A stretch of 64,000 nucleotides of DNA. Source: Gallionella sp. GTDB taxonomy: Bacteria; Pseudomonadota; Gammaproteobacteria; Burkholderiales; Gallionellaceae. This document shows, piece after piece, positions 19,321-31,008 of this stretch. Position numbers and translations under genes: made by a program. Under the pieces are notes generated by a model. It did not search any database. It was not told where the DNA came from and was given only the letters and a program-made list of their open reading frames with translations. Each line of letters begins with the position of its first letter. Within the stretch, counting starts at the first letter, position 1. The stretch covers positions 1,431 to 65,430 of the forward strand of contig JAVHQO010000213.1 in NCBI GenBank assembly GCA_036171175.1, given 5' to 3'.

Positions 19321-20133
19321 ATGCTTAAATCTCGCATAATTACCGCCGTTATTTTGTTGGGCTTATTCCTCGCTGCCTTGTTTGCTTTACCGCCATTTGG
19401 ATGGACAGGCTTAGTTGTCTTAATGGTGATGCAAGGCATCTCTGAATGGGCAAAACTGGCGAAATTATCCAACCGTAGCGCAAAAATTTATTGGGCGGCG
19501 AGCTTACTGGTGATGCTACTCGTGGTCTGGTTAGACGCGCATGAAGCGGGCATGGCAGTCTGGGTGCACATGGTGGTGTATAGCGTGGCAGCGTTGCTGT
19601 GGCTGATTATTGTGCCGACTTGGATGATTGCGAGCTGGAAAGTCAGCGATACTAAATTGATGGCGTTGCTAGGTTGGGCGGTGTTGATTCCAACCGGCTT
19701 GGCGATGTTGACTTTGCGCAGCGTGAGTCCGTGGCTGTTGCTGTTCATCATGGGTTTGGTGTGGATAGCGGACAGTACCGCGTACTTCGCGGGACGCAAA
19801 TTTGGCAAAAATAAATTAGCCCCCAGCATCAGCCCTGGCAAGACTTGGGAAGGCGTGGCGGGAGCGATGTTGGGCGTGTCGGTTTATGTGATTTTGGTAT
19901 GGCGTTTTGCACCCAATCTGGGGCAGCACGCCATGTTGCCCATCGCCTTATTAGCGGCTTGGTGGTGGGTGGGCTTAGCCGTTATCGGCGATTTATTTGA
20001 GTCGGCGATTAAGCGTCAGGCAGGGGTCAAAGACAGCGGCGCATTGTTGCCCGGACACGGCGGCTTGCTCGATCGGATTGATGCTTTAACTTCGACTTTA
20101 CCCTTGGCAGCATTGGTTTTAGTGCTGCAATAG
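19321..20133 (+). CDS. cdsA: Phosphatidate cytidylyltransferase
   Basis: SPGKTWEG, GDLFESAIKR, KDSG..LPGHGGLLDRID. Confidence 0.97.
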   Translation: MLKSRIITAVILLGLFLAALFALPPFGWTGLVVLMVMQGISEWAKLAKLSNRSAKIYWAASLLVMLLVVWLDAHEAGMAVWVHMVVYSVAALLWLIIVPTWMIASWKVSDTKLMALLGWAVLIPTGLAMLTLRSVSPWLLLFIMGLVWIADSTAYFAGRKFGKNKLAPSISPGKTWEGVAGAMLGVSVYVILVWRFAPNLGQHAMLPIALLAAWWWVGLAVIGDLFESAIKRQAGVKDSGALLPGHGGLLDRIDALTSTLPLAALVLVLQ

Positions 20134-20193
20134 CCTAGCGCAAGCGCGCCCCATTTACGACCTCATTCGCCCCGCTACTCACCACTTTTCTTT

Positions 20194-21375
20194 ATGCAAA
20201 CTCTCACTATCTTAGGTTCAACAGGCAGCATCGGCACGAGCACCTTGGATGTGGTGGCGCGTCATCCAGACCGCTTTCAGGTTTTCGCTTTGACCGCGTA
20301 TCGCCAAGTCGATTTGCTCTTCAAACAGTGTGTGCAATTCCAACCTAAATTTGCAGTGTTGCTAGACGAGCTGGCGGTGGTTGAGTTGCGTCAGCGCGTG
20401 CGTGAAGCAGGCTTAACCACCGAAGTGTTAAGCGGCGTGGAGGCGTTGGAAAAAGTGTGTATTGCGTCGGAAGTCGATGCAGTGATGGCAGCGATAGTCG
20501 GCGCGGCAGGGTTGCGCCCCACGCTGGCGGCGGCGCAAGCGGGTAAAAAAATTCTGTTGGCGAACAAAGAAACGCTGGTGATGGCGGGCAATGTGTTTAT
20601 GGATGCGGTGCGCGTCAGCGGTTCGGCGTTGTTGCCGATAGACAGCGAACACAACGCGATTTTCCAAGCCTTGCCGCGCGGCTATAACGGCGACCAACAT
20701 GCCAACGGCGTACGCCGTATTTTGCTCACCGCCTCGGGCGGGCCGTTCCGCGATACGCCCTTAAGCGAGCTGCAACATGTCACGCCCGATCAAGCCTGCG
20801 CGCATCCAAATTGGGTGATGGGGCGCAAAATTTCGGTGGACTCGGCGAGCATGATGAATAAGGGCTTGGAGGTCATCGAGGCGCATTGGTTGTTCAACGT
20901 CAGTGCCGACGATATTCAGGTGGTGGTGCATCCGCAAAGCGTGATTCATTCGTTGGTTGAATATGTCGATGGTTCGGTCATCGCCCAGCTCGGCAATCCC
21001 GATATGCGCACGCCGATAGCTTACGGGCTGGCGTATCCAGAGCGCATAGATTCAGGTGTTGCTCCGCTAGATTTATTTAAGGTCGCACAGATGAATTTCG
21101 TCGCGCCAGATTTTGTGCGCTTCCCGTGTTTAGCCTTGGCGTATCAAGCCTTGCGCGCGGCGGGTACCGCGCCTGCGCTGTTGAATGCCGCTAACGAAAT
21201 TGCCGTCGCCGCCTTCCTCGATAAACACATTGCTTTCCTCGACATTGCCAAAATTATCGACGCGGTATTGAACCAATTAGCCGTGTTACCAGTCACTTGC
21301 CTCGCCGATGTGTTACACGCCGATGCACAGGCGCGGCGTGCGGCAACGGCGCAGATTGCGAGGATGAAAAAATGA
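20194..21375 (+). CDS. dxr: 1-deoxy-D-xylulose-5-phosphate reductoisomerase
   Basis: [29 protein letters not shown]. Confidence 0.98.
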   Translation: MQTLTILGSTGSIGTSTLDVVARHPDRFQVFALTAYRQVDLLFKQCVQFQPKFAVLLDELAVVELRQRVREAGLTTEVLSGVEALEKVCIASEVDAVMAAIVGAAGLRPTLAAAQAGKKILLANKETLVMAGNVFMDAVRVSGSALLPIDSEHNAIFQALPRGYNGDQHANGVRRILLTASGGPFRDTPLSELQHVTPDQACAHPNWVMGRKISVDSASMMNKGLEVIEAHWLFNVSADDIQVVVHPQSVIHSLVEYVDGSVIAQLGNPDMRTPIAYGLAYPERIDSGVAPLDLFKVAQMNFVAPDFVRFPCLALAYQALRAAGTAPALLNAANEIAVAAFLDKHIAFLDIAKIIDAVLNQLAVLPVTCLADVLHADAQARRAATAQIARMKK

Positions 21376-22727
21376 TGACTTTATTAGCCTTTGTTGGTGC
21401 GATTGTGTTGTTGGTGGTGTTCCATGAATGGGGACACTTTTTCGTCGCGCGCCGCTGTGGCGTTAAGGTGCTGCGCTTTTCTTTGGGCTTTGGCAAAGTC
21501 TTATACAGCAAGCGTTTCAAAGGTTCTGACACTGAGTGGACGTTGTCCGCGATTCCTTTGGGCGGCTACGTCAAAATGTTGGATGAGCGCGAAGGTGAGG
21601 TCGCGCCTGACGAATTACCTTTAGCGTTTAATCGCAAGCCAGTATTGCAACGCATGGCGATCGTAGTGGCAGGGCCGTTGGCGAATTTTTTGCTGGCGAT
21701 TGCTTTGTATTGGGGCTTGTTTATGTATGGCGTGCCAAGCATCAAGCCGATGTTAGGCGAGGTGAGTGTGGCGAGTCCTGCTGCGCTGGCGCAATTGCAA
21801 ACGGGTGACACCGTGCAAGCGGTGAATGACGATGCGATACCGAGTTGGCAAGAGCTGCGCTGGAATTTATTAGACCGCGCGTTGCGTGGTGAGACGGTGA
21901 CGCTGACCATGTTGGATAAAGCTGGGCAAACGCGCATGCACGCTTTGGACTTGTCTGGTTTGCAAGCTAGCGATTTAGACGGCGAGTTTATGGATAAGCT
22001 CGGCTTACATCTATACGAGCCGATTTTATTGCCCGTTATCGGCAAGCTCACGGCGGATGGCGTGGCACAACAAGCGGGCTTGCAAACAGGCGATGTGGTG
22101 TTGCGTGCTAATGGTGTTGCGCTGCAACGCTTTCAAGACTTGATCCGCGAGGTAGCCAGTCATGCCGAGCAGCCTCTTATGTTAGAGATTCAGCGTGGTG
22201 TGACGCAGCTCAGCATTACGCTGCAACCGCGCAAAGTAATGGAAGGCGGCAAAGCGGTCGGCAAAATTGGTGCGGGTCCACAAGTTGATGAAGCCGCTTG
22301 GCAATCCATGTTTACCACGGTCAGCTACTCACCGCTCAATGCGTTAGCGCAAGCGGGGCGCAAGACTTGGGAGACTTCGATTATCAGTTTGAAGATGATG
22401 GGCAAAATGGTGTTGGGTGAAGTGTCGCTGAAAAATTTAAGTGGTCCAATTACCATTGCGGACTACGCGGGACAATCAGCGAGCATGGGCTTGGTGGCGT
22501 ATTTAACTTTCTTGGCATTGGTCAGTATTAGCTTAGGCGTATTGAACTTATTGCCCATCCCCTTATTGGATGGCGGGCACTTGCTGTATTATGCCGCCGA
22601 GTTTATTAAAGGTAGTGAGGTCTCCGAGAAGAGCTGGGAAGTCGGTCAAAAAATCGGTATCGCCTTGCTGGGTACGATGATGCTGTTTGCTTTTTACAAC
22701 GATATAAATCGAATTATTTCGGGTTGA
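21372..22727 (+). CDS. rseP: Intramembrane zinc metalloprotease RseP
   Basis: HEWGH, two PDZ domains, [11 protein letters not shown]. Confidence 0.96.
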   Translation: MMTLLAFVGAIVLLVVFHEWGHFFVARRCGVKVLRFSLGFGKVLYSKRFKGSDTEWTLSAIPLGGYVKMLDEREGEVAPDELPLAFNRKPVLQRMAIVVAGPLANFLLAIALYWGLFMYGVPSIKPMLGEVSVASPAALAQLQTGDTVQAVNDDAIPSWQELRWNLLDRALRGETVTLTMLDKAGQTRMHALDLSGLQASDLDGEFMDKLGLHLYEPILLPVIGKLTADGVAQQAGLQTGDVVLRANGVALQRFQDLIREVASHAEQPLMLEIQRGVTQLSITLQPRKVMEGGKAVGKIGAGPQVDEAAWQSMFTTVSYSPLNALAQAGRKTWETSIISLKMMGKMVLGEVSLKNLSGPITIADYAGQSASMGLVAYLTFLALVSISLGVLNLLPIPLLDGGHLLYYAAEFIKGSEVSEKSWEVGQKIGIALLGTMMLFAFYNDINRIISG

Positions 22728-22733
22728 ACAATA

Positions 22734-25013
22734 ATGAGTTTGAAAAAAATCCTAAGCGCGTTCGCGCTGCTTTGCGTTTGCTCTGTTGCTCAAGCGGCGA
22801 TGCAGCCGTTTGTGGTGCAAGACATTAAAGTAGAAGGCATACAACGCACTGAGCTTGGCACGGTGTTGAGTTATTTGCCGATTAAAGTTGGCGACACCAT
22901 AGACGACAAGCAAGCTACCAACTCAATACGCGCGCTGTTTGCGACAGGCTTTTTTAAGGATGTGCGTCTCGAAGTAATTGGGCAAACTTTGTTAGTCAAA
23001 GTGCAAGAGCGTCCCTCGATTGCCAGCATCGAAATTAACGGGGTGAAAGATTTTCCTAAAGATCAGCTCAAAGATAATATGAAATATGCGGGCTTGGTGG
23101 AGGCGCGTATTTTTGATAAAGCGCAGATGGAAAAAGCCGCACTGAGCTTGAAGCAGCAGTATGTGGCGCGCGGTAAATATGCCGTCAGCGTCGAGACCAA
23201 AGTCACTGAGTTAGAGCGTAATCGCGTCGCGATTGTGTTTAATGTGATTGAAGGAAAAGTATCCAAAATTAAGCAAATCAATATCGTCGGTAATCACGCC
23301 TATGCGGAAGCGGAGCTACTGGATTTAATGAAGTTGAGTACCCCTGATTGGTTTACTTGGATGAGTAGCAACGATCAATACTCCAAGCAAAAACTGTCTG
23401 CCGATATGGAAACGCTACGTTCTTATTATTTGGATAATGGCTATTTGGAGTTCGCCATAGACTCCACGCAAGTTTCGATTACGCCGAATAAAAAAGATAT
23501 TTACATCACCTTGAATATCAGCGAGGGCGCGAAATATACCGTGTCCAAAGTGAGCGTGTCGGGAGATACCTTGTTGCCTAAAGCGGAGATTGAGGCTTTA
23601 GTTAAAATCAAAGTGGGCGATGTGTTTTCGCGCAAAGCATTGACCGAAACTAGCAAACTTATCGGCGAGCGTTTAGCGCAAGAAGGTCACGCCTTTGCCA
23701 ACGTCAACGCCATTCCCGATATTGATAAAATCAAGCATCAAGTGGCATTTAATGTAGCGATTGATCCTGGGCATCGCGTTTATATTCGGCGCATCAATGT
23801 CAGCGGTAACACCAAAACCAATGAGGACGTGATACGCCGCGAGTTCCGCCAAGTTGAAGGCACTTGGTTTGATATTAGTAAAATTAAAAAATCTAAGCAG
23901 CACGTCGATCGCCTGAATTTCTTTTCTGAAGTCAACATTGAAACCCCAGCGGTGCAAGGCACCACTGACCAGATGGATGTAAACGTCGCGGTGAAAGAAA
24001 AATCCACCGGTACATTTTCTATCGGCGCGGGTTACAACAGCGGCGAAGGTGTCGTATTTATGGGCGGTGTGTCGCAGGCGAATTTGTTTGGTACGGGTAA
24101 TAACCTCTCCACTCAGCTCAATACCAGTCGCGTCAATCGCAATGTTTCGGTGTCTTATACCAACCCGTATTACACCGACGAAGGCGTGAGTCGTGGCTTT
24201 GATATTTACGACCGCAACACCAACGCGACCAATCTCGCCGTCAGCCAATACACGTCATCCACACAAGGCGGCGGCGTGCGTTTTGGCGTGCCGATAGATG
24301 AAGATGAAAGTATCAGCTACGGCACCTCGATTGAGCGTTCGCATATCGGTTTAACAGCTTTGAGTCCGCTGCGCTTCACCAACTATGTGAATACTTTTGG
24401 AGCGACGAATACCACCGTGTTGGGCACTATCGGTTGGGGCAAAGATACGCGCGACAGCGCGATTTACACCACCGAAGGATCGGTCAAACATCTGTATTTG
24501 GAAACTGCTTTGCCTGTCATGGACATGCGCTATTACAAGCTAAATTATGATCACCAGTTTTTCTATCCATTGAATACGGATTGGACGCTCTTGCTCAATG
24601 GTCAAGCGGGCGTGGGCGGCGGCTATGGTGGGAAACAAATGCCGTTCTTTAAGAATTATTACGCGGGTGGTACGGGTTCGGTACGCGGTTATGAACCCAA
24701 CTCTTTAGGCCCGCGCGACACCAGCAATTTGTCGATTGGTGGTACGCGCCGAGTGGTCGGTAATATCGAAGTATTCGCGCCGATTCCAGGCATTAAAGAA
24801 AAATCTTTGCGCATTAGCGGATTCCTTGATGGTGGTGCGGTGTATGGTCCTAGTGATGTGCTCGGTTCGATGGGCGGACGTTATTCGACTGGGGTGGCGT
24901 TAACTTGGTTGTCGCCGATGGGACCGTTGAAATTTAGTTATGGTGTGGCACTGAATAAACAGCAGCAGGATAAATTGCAACGCTTCCAGTTCACCTTAGG
25001 TTCAATGTTTTAA
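22734..25013 (+). CDS. bamA: Outer membrane protein assembly factor BamA
   Basis: POTRA repeats, VRGY motif, C-terminal Phe. Confidence 0.97.
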   Translation: MSLKKILSAFALLCVCSVAQAAMQPFVVQDIKVEGIQRTELGTVLSYLPIKVGDTIDDKQATNSIRALFATGFFKDVRLEVIGQTLLVKVQERPSIASIEINGVKDFPKDQLKDNMKYAGLVEARIFDKAQMEKAALSLKQQYVARGKYAVSVETKVTELERNRVAIVFNVIEGKVSKIKQINIVGNHAYAEAELLDLMKLSTPDWFTWMSSNDQYSKQKLSADMETLRSYYLDNGYLEFAIDSTQVSITPNKKDIYITLNISEGAKYTVSKVSVSGDTLLPKAEIEALVKIKVGDVFSRKALTETSKLIGERLAQEGHAFANVNAIPDIDKIKHQVAFNVAIDPGHRVYIRRINVSGNTKTNEDVIRREFRQVEGTWFDISKIKKSKQHVDRLNFFSEVNIETPAVQGTTDQMDVNVAVKEKSTGTFSIGAGYNSGEGVVFMGGVSQANLFGTGNNLSTQLNTSRVNRNVSVSYTNPYYTDEGVSRGFDIYDRNTNATNLAVSQYTSSTQGGGVRFGVPIDEDESISYGTSIERSHIGLTALSPLRFTNYVNTFGATNTTVLGTIGWGKDTRDSAIYTTEGSVKHLYLETALPVMDMRYYKLNYDHQFFYPLNTDWTLLLNGQAGVGGGYGGKQMPFFKNYYAGGTGSVRGYEPNSLGPRDTSNLSIGGTRRVVGNIEVFAPIPGIKEKSLRISGFLDGGAVYGPSDVLGSMGGRYSTGVALTWLSPMGPLKFSYGVALNKQQQDKLQRFQFTLGSMF

Positions 25014-25154
25014 CGGGTATCTCTATAAATCCAAATCTCGTCACAATACGTCGTTGCTCGCAAAAAATTACTCCTTACATAGTTATCTATGCGCGTCGTA
25101 ATTTTTTGTTCGCGCTTAGTCTTGTTTAGATATTTGAATTTTTAGAGACACCCG
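25014..25154 (+). mobile_element. MITE-like element, copy B (TAA direct repeats)
   Basis: TIR CGGGTATCTCTA/TAGAGACACCCG flanked by TAA on both sides. Confidence 0.85.
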
Positions 25155-25200
25155 TAAGAATAATCAAATTTCAAATTATTGATTTTTTAGGAGCATCAAT

Positions 25201-25710
25201 ATGAAAAAATACTTATTAGGTTTTGCTTTGATAAGCGTTGCGCTCAGCGCGATGGCGGCTGATTTTAAGGTCGGTGTGGTCGATACCGAACGGGTGTTGC
25301 GCGAGTCCGCGCCCGCAATTAAAGCCGAAGAAAAAATTAGTAAAGAGTTCTCGGCGCGCGATGTGGAAATTAAAGTGTTAGCTAAGCAAACTAAGACCCT
25401 GCAAACGCAATTAGAGCAAGACAATGGCAAGCTGAGTGACGCAGATCATCGCAACAAAGAGCGTGAGCTGACCAGCATGAATGTTAATTTGCAACGGATG
25501 CAGCGCGAGTTTCGCGAAGACTTAAACCTGCGTAAAAACGAAGAGCTGGCGATGGTGTTAGAGCGCGCCAATAAAGCCATACAGCAAATTGCGGGAACAG
25601 AAAAATACGATTTAATTTTGCAAGAAGCGGTATATCGCAATCCTAGAATTGACATCACCGACAAGGTGATTAAATTTTTAGCCAGTGATACCGTAACTGA
25701 AACTAAATAA
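25201..25710 (+). CDS. skp: Periplasmic chaperone Skp/OmpH
   Basis: Signal peptide, KVGVVD, YDLIL, DITDKV; synteny. Confidence 0.93.
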   Translation: MKKYLLGFALISVALSAMAADFKVGVVDTERVLRESAPAIKAEEKISKEFSARDVEIKVLAKQTKTLQTQLEQDNGKLSDADHRNKERELTSMNVNLQRMQREFREDLNLRKNEELAMVLERANKAIQQIAGTEKYDLILQEAVYRNPRIDITDKVIKFLASDTVTETK

Positions 25711-25716
25711 GTCGCT

Positions 25717-26760
25717 ATGAACAGTTTTAGCTTAGATGAATTGGTGGCGCGCTTAGGCGGGCAAGTATTGGGTGAAGGCAGCACGCGCGTCACCCAAATT
25801 GCTACGCTAGAAGCCGCTACAGCGACGCAAATTAGTTTTCTCACCAACAGTAAATATCGTGCGCAGCTCACCAGCTCCCGTGCTGGCGCGTTGATTTTGT
25901 CCGCAGCCGATGCCGATGCGACCCAACAGCCGCGCATCATTTCTGATAATCCTTATGCTTACTTCGCGAAAGTTTCCGCGCTGTTAAATCCTTTGCCGCA
26001 ATCGCCCGTTGGTATTCATCCTGCTGCGATTGTGGCGGCCAATGCGCAGATAGATGCGACTGCCAGTATCGCCGCGACAGCGGTGATTGGTGCGGGTGCA
26101 ATTATTGGCGCGCACAGTGTCATCGGTGAAGGCTGCGTGGTCGGCGAAAATGTGGTGATAGGCAGCCATGCCCGCCTTTATCCGCGCGTGGTGGTGTATC
26201 ACCACTGCGTCATAGGTGAACGCTTGATTGCCCATTCTGGTGTGGTGATTGGTGCCGATGGGTTTGGCTTTGCGGTCGAAGGCGACCATTGGTTGAAGAT
26301 TCCGCAAATCGGTCGCGTGCTGATAGGCGACGATGTGGAAATTGGCGCGAACACCACCATAGATCGCGGCGCATTAGCCGATACGATTATTGAAGACGAC
26401 GTAAAACTCGACAATCAAATTCAAATCGCCCACAACGTGCGCATTGGTGCGCATACCGCAATCGCTGGCTGCGTGGGCATTGCAGGCAGTGCGGTGATAG
26501 GCAAGTATTGCCGCATCGGTGGCAGCGCGGGGATTTTGGGGCATCTGCAAATCGCCGATCATGTTGAGATTGCATCATTCTCATTGATTGGTAAATCCAT
26601 CCGCGAAGCGGGTTCATATGCGGCGATTTATCCGTTCGCTAAAGCTGATGACTGGCGCAAAAATGCCGTGCATTTACGACATTTAGATAGATTGGTTGAC
26701 CGTCTTAAAACACTCGAAAAACAAGTTGAATTATTAAAGGGAGAAGCACCATGCAAATGA
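25717..26760 (+). CDS. lpxD: UDP-3-O-acylglucosamine N-acyltransferase
   Basis: Hexapeptide repeats, GADGFG, IDRGA, QIAHNV. Confidence 0.97.
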   Translation: MNSFSLDELVARLGGQVLGEGSTRVTQIATLEAATATQISFLTNSKYRAQLTSSRAGALILSAADADATQQPRIISDNPYAYFAKVSALLNPLPQSPVGIHPAAIVAANAQIDATASIAATAVIGAGAIIGAHSVIGEGCVVGENVVIGSHARLYPRVVVYHHCVIGERLIAHSGVVIGADGFGFAVEGDHWLKIPQIGRVLIGDDVEIGANTTIDRGALADTIIEDDVKLDNQIQIAHNVRIGAHTAIAGCVGIAGSAVIGKYCRIGGSAGILGHLQIADHVEIASFSLIGKSIREAGSYAAIYPFAKADDWRKNAVHLRHLDRLVDRLKTLEKQVELLKGEAPCK

Positions 26761-27194
26761 ACATCCACGAAATTCTCGAAACACTACCCCATCGTTACCC
26801 GTTTTTGTTGGTCGATCGCGTACTGTCTATAGAGCCAGGTAAAGCAATTGTGGCATTGAAAAACGTCACGATTAACGAGCCGTTTTTCCCTGGACACTAC
26901 CCGCATCATCCTGTCATGCCTGGCGTACTGATTATAGAAGCCATGGCGCAAGTCGCCGCTTTGTTGTCGTTCAAATCTATGGTTGCCGATCCCGATAAAA
27001 AATCGGTGTACTACTTTGCGGGTATTGATGGCGCACGCTTTAAGCGTCCTGTTAGCGCAGGCGATCAAATCATTTTCAAGGTTACTTTATTGCGCAGTAT
27101 GCGTGGCTTGTTCAAGTTCAAAGCGGTTGCCGAAGTCGATGGTTTGTTGGTTGCTGAAGCGGAACTGATGTGTACTTCAAAAGAAGTCGAATAA
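26751..27194 (+). CDS. fabZ: 3-hydroxyacyl-ACP dehydratase
   Basis: [23 protein letters not shown]. Confidence 0.97.
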   Translation: MQMNIHEILETLPHRYPFLLVDRVLSIEPGKAIVALKNVTINEPFFPGHYPHHPVMPGVLIIEAMAQVAALLSFKSMVADPDKKSVYYFAGIDGARFKRPVSAGDQIIFKVTLLRSMRGLFKFKAVAEVDGLLVAEAELMCTSKEVE

Positions 27195-27197
27195 ATT

Positions 27198-27339
27198 CGG
27201 GCATCTCTATAAATCCAAATCTCATCGCGATGCGTTGTTGCTCACAAAAAATTATTCCTTACATAGTCTGTCTATGCGCGTCATAATTTTTTGTTCGCGC
27301 CTAGCCTCACTTCGATATTTTAATTTCTAGAGACACCCG
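27198..27339 (+). mobile_element. MITE-like element, copy C (ATT direct repeats)
   Basis: TIR CGGGCATCTCTA/TAGAGACACCCG flanked by ATT on both sides. Confidence 0.85.
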
Positions 27340-27367
27340 ATTACAAATAAATAATAGGGTTAAAAAT

Positions 27368-28138
27368 ATGATTCATTCCACTGCGATTATTCACCCCAAT
27401 GCGCGTCTCGCTGACGATGTGGAAATTGGTGCGTATAGCATTATTGGTGAGCATGTTGAAATCGGTAGTGGCACGGTGGTCGGCCCGCATGTGGTGATCC
27501 ACGGGCATACCCGTATTGGCAAAAATAACCGCATCATGCAATTTAATTCTTTGGGCGAAATTCCTCAGGATAAAAAATATGCAGGTGAACCAACGTGTTT
27601 AGAAATTGGCGACAACAACACCATTCGTGAGTTTTGCACCTTTAACTTAGGCACGATACAAGACGGTGGGCTAACCAGTATCGGCAACAATAATTGGATT
27701 ATGGCTTACGTCCATATTGCGCACGATTGTCATGTTGGTAATCACACCATTATGGCGAATGGCGTAACCCTCGCAGGCCATGTACGCATTGACGATTGGG
27801 TCATTATTGGTGGGCTGACGGGCGTGCATCAATTCGTGCGTATCGGCGCACATGCAATGACCGGTTTTCAGTCGCGTATTACGCAAGATGTGCCGCCGTA
27901 TTTCACCGTGGCAGGCAATCCCGTTGAAGCACACGGCATCAATTCGGAAGGCTTGAAACGACGCGGTTTTGATGTGGCGCAAATCGCCACGATTAAGGCG
28001 GCGTACAAAACCATTTATAAATCGGGTTTGAGTTTTGCGGAGGCACAAACCGCGCTACAAGCGCAACTAGGCGATCATCCTGAGTTACAACTATTGGTCG
28101 AATTCTTGGCCAGTTCACAACGCGGCATCGTTCGTTAA
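27368..28138 (+). CDS. lpxA: UDP-N-acetylglucosamine acyltransferase
   Basis: PQDKKY, HIAHDC, LAGHV, GVHQF. Confidence 0.97.
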   Translation: MIHSTAIIHPNARLADDVEIGAYSIIGEHVEIGSGTVVGPHVVIHGHTRIGKNNRIMQFNSLGEIPQDKKYAGEPTCLEIGDNNTIREFCTFNLGTIQDGGLTSIGNNNWIMAYVHIAHDCHVGNHTIMANGVTLAGHVRIDDWVIIGGLTGVHQFVRIGAHAMTGFQSRITQDVPPYFTVAGNPVEAHGINSEGLKRRGFDVAQIATIKAAYKTIYKSGLSFAEAQTALQAQLGDHPELQLLVEFLASSQRGIVR

Positions 28139-28151
28139 GGTTTTCTAAGTA

Positions 28152-29312
28152 ATGCAATCAGAAAAAAAAATCGTAGTCGGAATTGTCGCGGGTGAAGCAT
28201 CGGGAGACTTGCTCGGCAGCCATTTAATCGAAGCCTTAACAGCGGCACAGCCTGCCGTCGAGTTTGTCGGTATCGGCGGGCCAAAGATGCAGGCAGCAGG
28301 CATGACTGTGTTGTATCCGATGGAAAAATTAGCGGTGCGCGGCTATGTCGAAGTGTTGCGTCATTACTTAGAAATCGTTGGCATACGGCGCAAATTACGC
28401 GCCTATTTTTTGACGCATAAACCGCAGCTTTTTATCGCCATCGACGCGCCTGATTTCAATTTAGGCTTAGAGCGCGATTTGAAATCCGCAGGCATTCCGA
28501 CAGTCCATTATGTGAGCCCATCCATTTGGGCGTGGCGTGGAGAACGCATTCACAAAATTAAAAACGCAGTGTCGCACATGCTGTGTTTATTTCCGCATGA
28601 AGCTAAGCTGTATCAAGACGTAGGTGTGCCAGTCGATTTTGTCGGACATCCGCTTGCCGACATGCTGCCGCTACATCCTAAGCGTGCCGAGATGCGCGAA
28701 ACCATGCGTATTCCGCTGGGGGCTACCGTGTTCGCGTTGTTGCCGGGCAGCCGCCAAAGCGAAGTGAAAAGTTTGGCGGAAACCTATATCAATACCGCGA
28801 AACTGATTTTGCAAAGTGTGCCAGACGCGCGTTTTTTAGTGCCGCTGGTGAGCCGCGAAACGCGCCGCATGTTCGAGCAGGCTTTGTACGATTTTGATGG
28901 TGAACAACTGCCGATTACCTTGCTGTTTGGTCACGCACAGGATGCCATGATTGCCGCCGATATGGTGCTGGTGGCATCGGGCACGGCGACGCTGGAATGC
29001 ACGCTGCTCAAGCGCGCGATGGTGATTACTTATCGTATGCCAAAACTATCTTGGTGGCTGATGAAGGGCAAAGGCTATCTACCTTACGTTGGTTTGCCGA
29101 ACATTTTGCTAGGACGTTTTGTTGTGCCTGAATTATTGCAACAGGACGCAACTCCGCAAAATTTAGCCCAAGCGATGTTGAATTTATTGCGTGATAAAAA
29201 TGCTGTCGCTGAACTCGAAACCGCTTTCACTGAATTGCATTTGAGCTTGCGCCATGACACCGCGCAAAAAGCTGCCGCCGCGATTCTGCCGTACTTAGCA
29301 AAGGCTCTATAA
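28152..29312 (+). CDS. lpxB: Lipid-A-disaccharide synthase
   Basis: AGEASGD, YVSPSIWAWR, LLPGSR, SGTATLE. Confidence 0.97.
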   Translation: MQSEKKIVVGIVAGEASGDLLGSHLIEALTAAQPAVEFVGIGGPKMQAAGMTVLYPMEKLAVRGYVEVLRHYLEIVGIRRKLRAYFLTHKPQLFIAIDAPDFNLGLERDLKSAGIPTVHYVSPSIWAWRGERIHKIKNAVSHMLCLFPHEAKLYQDVGVPVDFVGHPLADMLPLHPKRAEMRETMRIPLGATVFALLPGSRQSEVKSLAETYINTAKLILQSVPDARFLVPLVSRETRRMFEQALYDFDGEQLPITLLFGHAQDAMIAADMVLVASGTATLECTLLKRAMVITYRMPKLSWWLMKGKGYLPYVGLPNILLGRFVVPELLQQDATPQNLAQAMLNLLRDKNAVAELETAFTELHLSLRHDTAQKAAAAILPYLAKAL

Positions 29313-29466
29313 ATTGAAATATCTAAGCAAGACTAGGCGCGAACAAAAAATTACGACGACGCACTTGTCATCAGGAGTTGTAGCTGGGGATAGAGCCACT
29401 ATGTTAGGAGTGATTCTTTGTGAGCAACAACGTATTGCGACGAGATTTCGATTTATGAAAAAGGCG
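29301..29466 (-). mobile_element. MITE-like element, copy D (inverted, 27-bp internal insertion)
   Basis: Reverse complement aligns with copies A-C; supplies the lpxB stop codon; ends degenerate and approximate. Confidence 0.8.
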
Positions 29467-29468
29467 TG

Positions 29469-30056
29469 ATGTACGCGCATTTAATTTGCTGTGGCGTTGA
29501 TGAAGCAGGGCGTGGCCCGTTGGCAGGTCCTGTCAGTGCCGCAGCGGTCATACTCAATCCTGCCCGTGCGATTGCAGGCTTGGCAGACTCGAAAAAACTC
29601 TCCGAAAAAAAGCGTGATTTGCTCGCCCCCCAAATACGCGAACACGCTTTGGCGTGGGCTGTGGCGTATGCCAGCGTGGAGGAAATTGATGAACTCAACA
29701 TTTTGCAAGCCAGCTTGCTTGCCATGCGCCGCGCGGTGTTGGCGTTGCCAGTAACACCAGAATATGTGTTGGTGGATGGCTTGTTTTGCCCAGATACCGG
29801 TATTCAAAGCGAAGCGATTGTGCAAGGCGATAGCAAAGTTGCCGCGATTTCAGCTGCGTCAATTTTGGCAAAAACCGCGCGTGATGCGTTGATGTTGGCG
29901 TTGCATGAGCAATATCCGCAATATGGTTTTGCGGGACACAAAGGCTACGGCACAGCGGCGCATTTGGCAGCGTTGCAGGAGCATGGTGCGTGTGCAATTC
30001 ACCGGCGCAGCTTCAAACCTGTACGCGATGTTTTACTGACACAGGCAACGCGCTAA
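29469..30056 (+). CDS. rnhB: Ribonuclease HII
   Basis: [31 protein letters not shown]; GTG 29466 is an alternative start. Confidence 0.97.
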   Translation: MYAHLICCGVDEAGRGPLAGPVSAAAVILNPARAIAGLADSKKLSEKKRDLLAPQIREHALAWAVAYASVEEIDELNILQASLLAMRRAVLALPVTPEYVLVDGLFCPDTGIQSEAIVQGDSKVAAISAASILAKTARDALMLALHEQYPQYGFAGHKGYGTAAHLAALQEHGACAIHRRSFKPVRDVLLTQATR

Positions 30057-30152
30057 AAATTTTCGCGTAGGCGAAAAATCGCTATAAAAAATTCACGAAA
30101 GTAGTGGAAAGAGAATGGCAAAACGGCCTAGCTTTGCTATAATGCTGCGCTT

Positions 30153-30229
<77 letters not shown>

Positions 30230-30267
30230 AATCATCACTTCCCAGTCCACTCGAATTTAGACCGACG

Positions 30268-31008
30268 ATGCGTATTCTCATTAGCAATGACGATGGTTAT
30301 TTCGCACCTGGACTGGCGATACTTGCCGCACATTTAGCCTGCATTGCCGACGTGGTCGTCGTAGCACCCGAACGTGATCGCAGCGGCGCAAGCAACTCCT
30401 TAACACTTGATAGACCACTCAAACTACGCCGCGCCGATAGCGGTTTTTATTACGTCAACGGTACGCCCACGGATTGTGTGCATTTGGCGGTCACGGGCAT
30501 GTTAGATGAGCAGCCCGACCTCGTTGTATCAGGCATTAACGCTGGGGCAAATATGGGCGACGATACGATTTATTCGGGCACGGTAGCGGCGGCAACCGAA
30601 GGCTATTTGCTCGGCATTCCTGCGATTGCGGTGTCGTTGGTGGGTAAAGAATTGCAGCATTACGAAACAGCAGCGCGCGTGGTGGTCGAGTTGGTGCAAC
30701 GCTTTGCCATACAAAAAAATTCGCAACCTTGGCTGCTCAATGTCAACGTGCCCAATATCGCTTATGCCGATTTACAAGGCACAGTGGTGACGCGTTTGGG
30801 CAAACGCCATAAAGCTGAGCCGGTCATCAAGGCTCTTAATCCGCAAGGTGAAACCGTGTATTGGGTGGGTGCGGCGGGCAAGGCGCAAGACGCGGGCGAG
30901 GGCACAGATTTTTACGCGCTCGCCGCCCGTCAAGTGTCGATTACACCCTTGCAGATTGACCTTACGCAAACTTCACAACTCGCCGCTGTGCGCGCTTGGC
31001 TGCAATGA
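30268..31008 (+). CDS. surE: 5'/3'-nucleotidase SurE
   Basis: [23 protein letters not shown]. Confidence 0.97.
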   Translation: MRILISNDDGYFAPGLAILAAHLACIADVVVVAPERDRSGASNSLTLDRPLKLRRADSGFYYVNGTPTDCVHLAVTGMLDEQPDLVVSGINAGANMGDDTIYSGTVAAATEGYLLGIPAIAVSLVGKELQHYETAARVVVELVQRFAIQKNSQPWLLNVNVPNIAYADLQGTVVTRLGKRHKAEPVIKALNPQGETVYWVGAAGKAQDAGEGTDFYALAARQVSITPLQIDLTQTSQLAAVRAWLQ

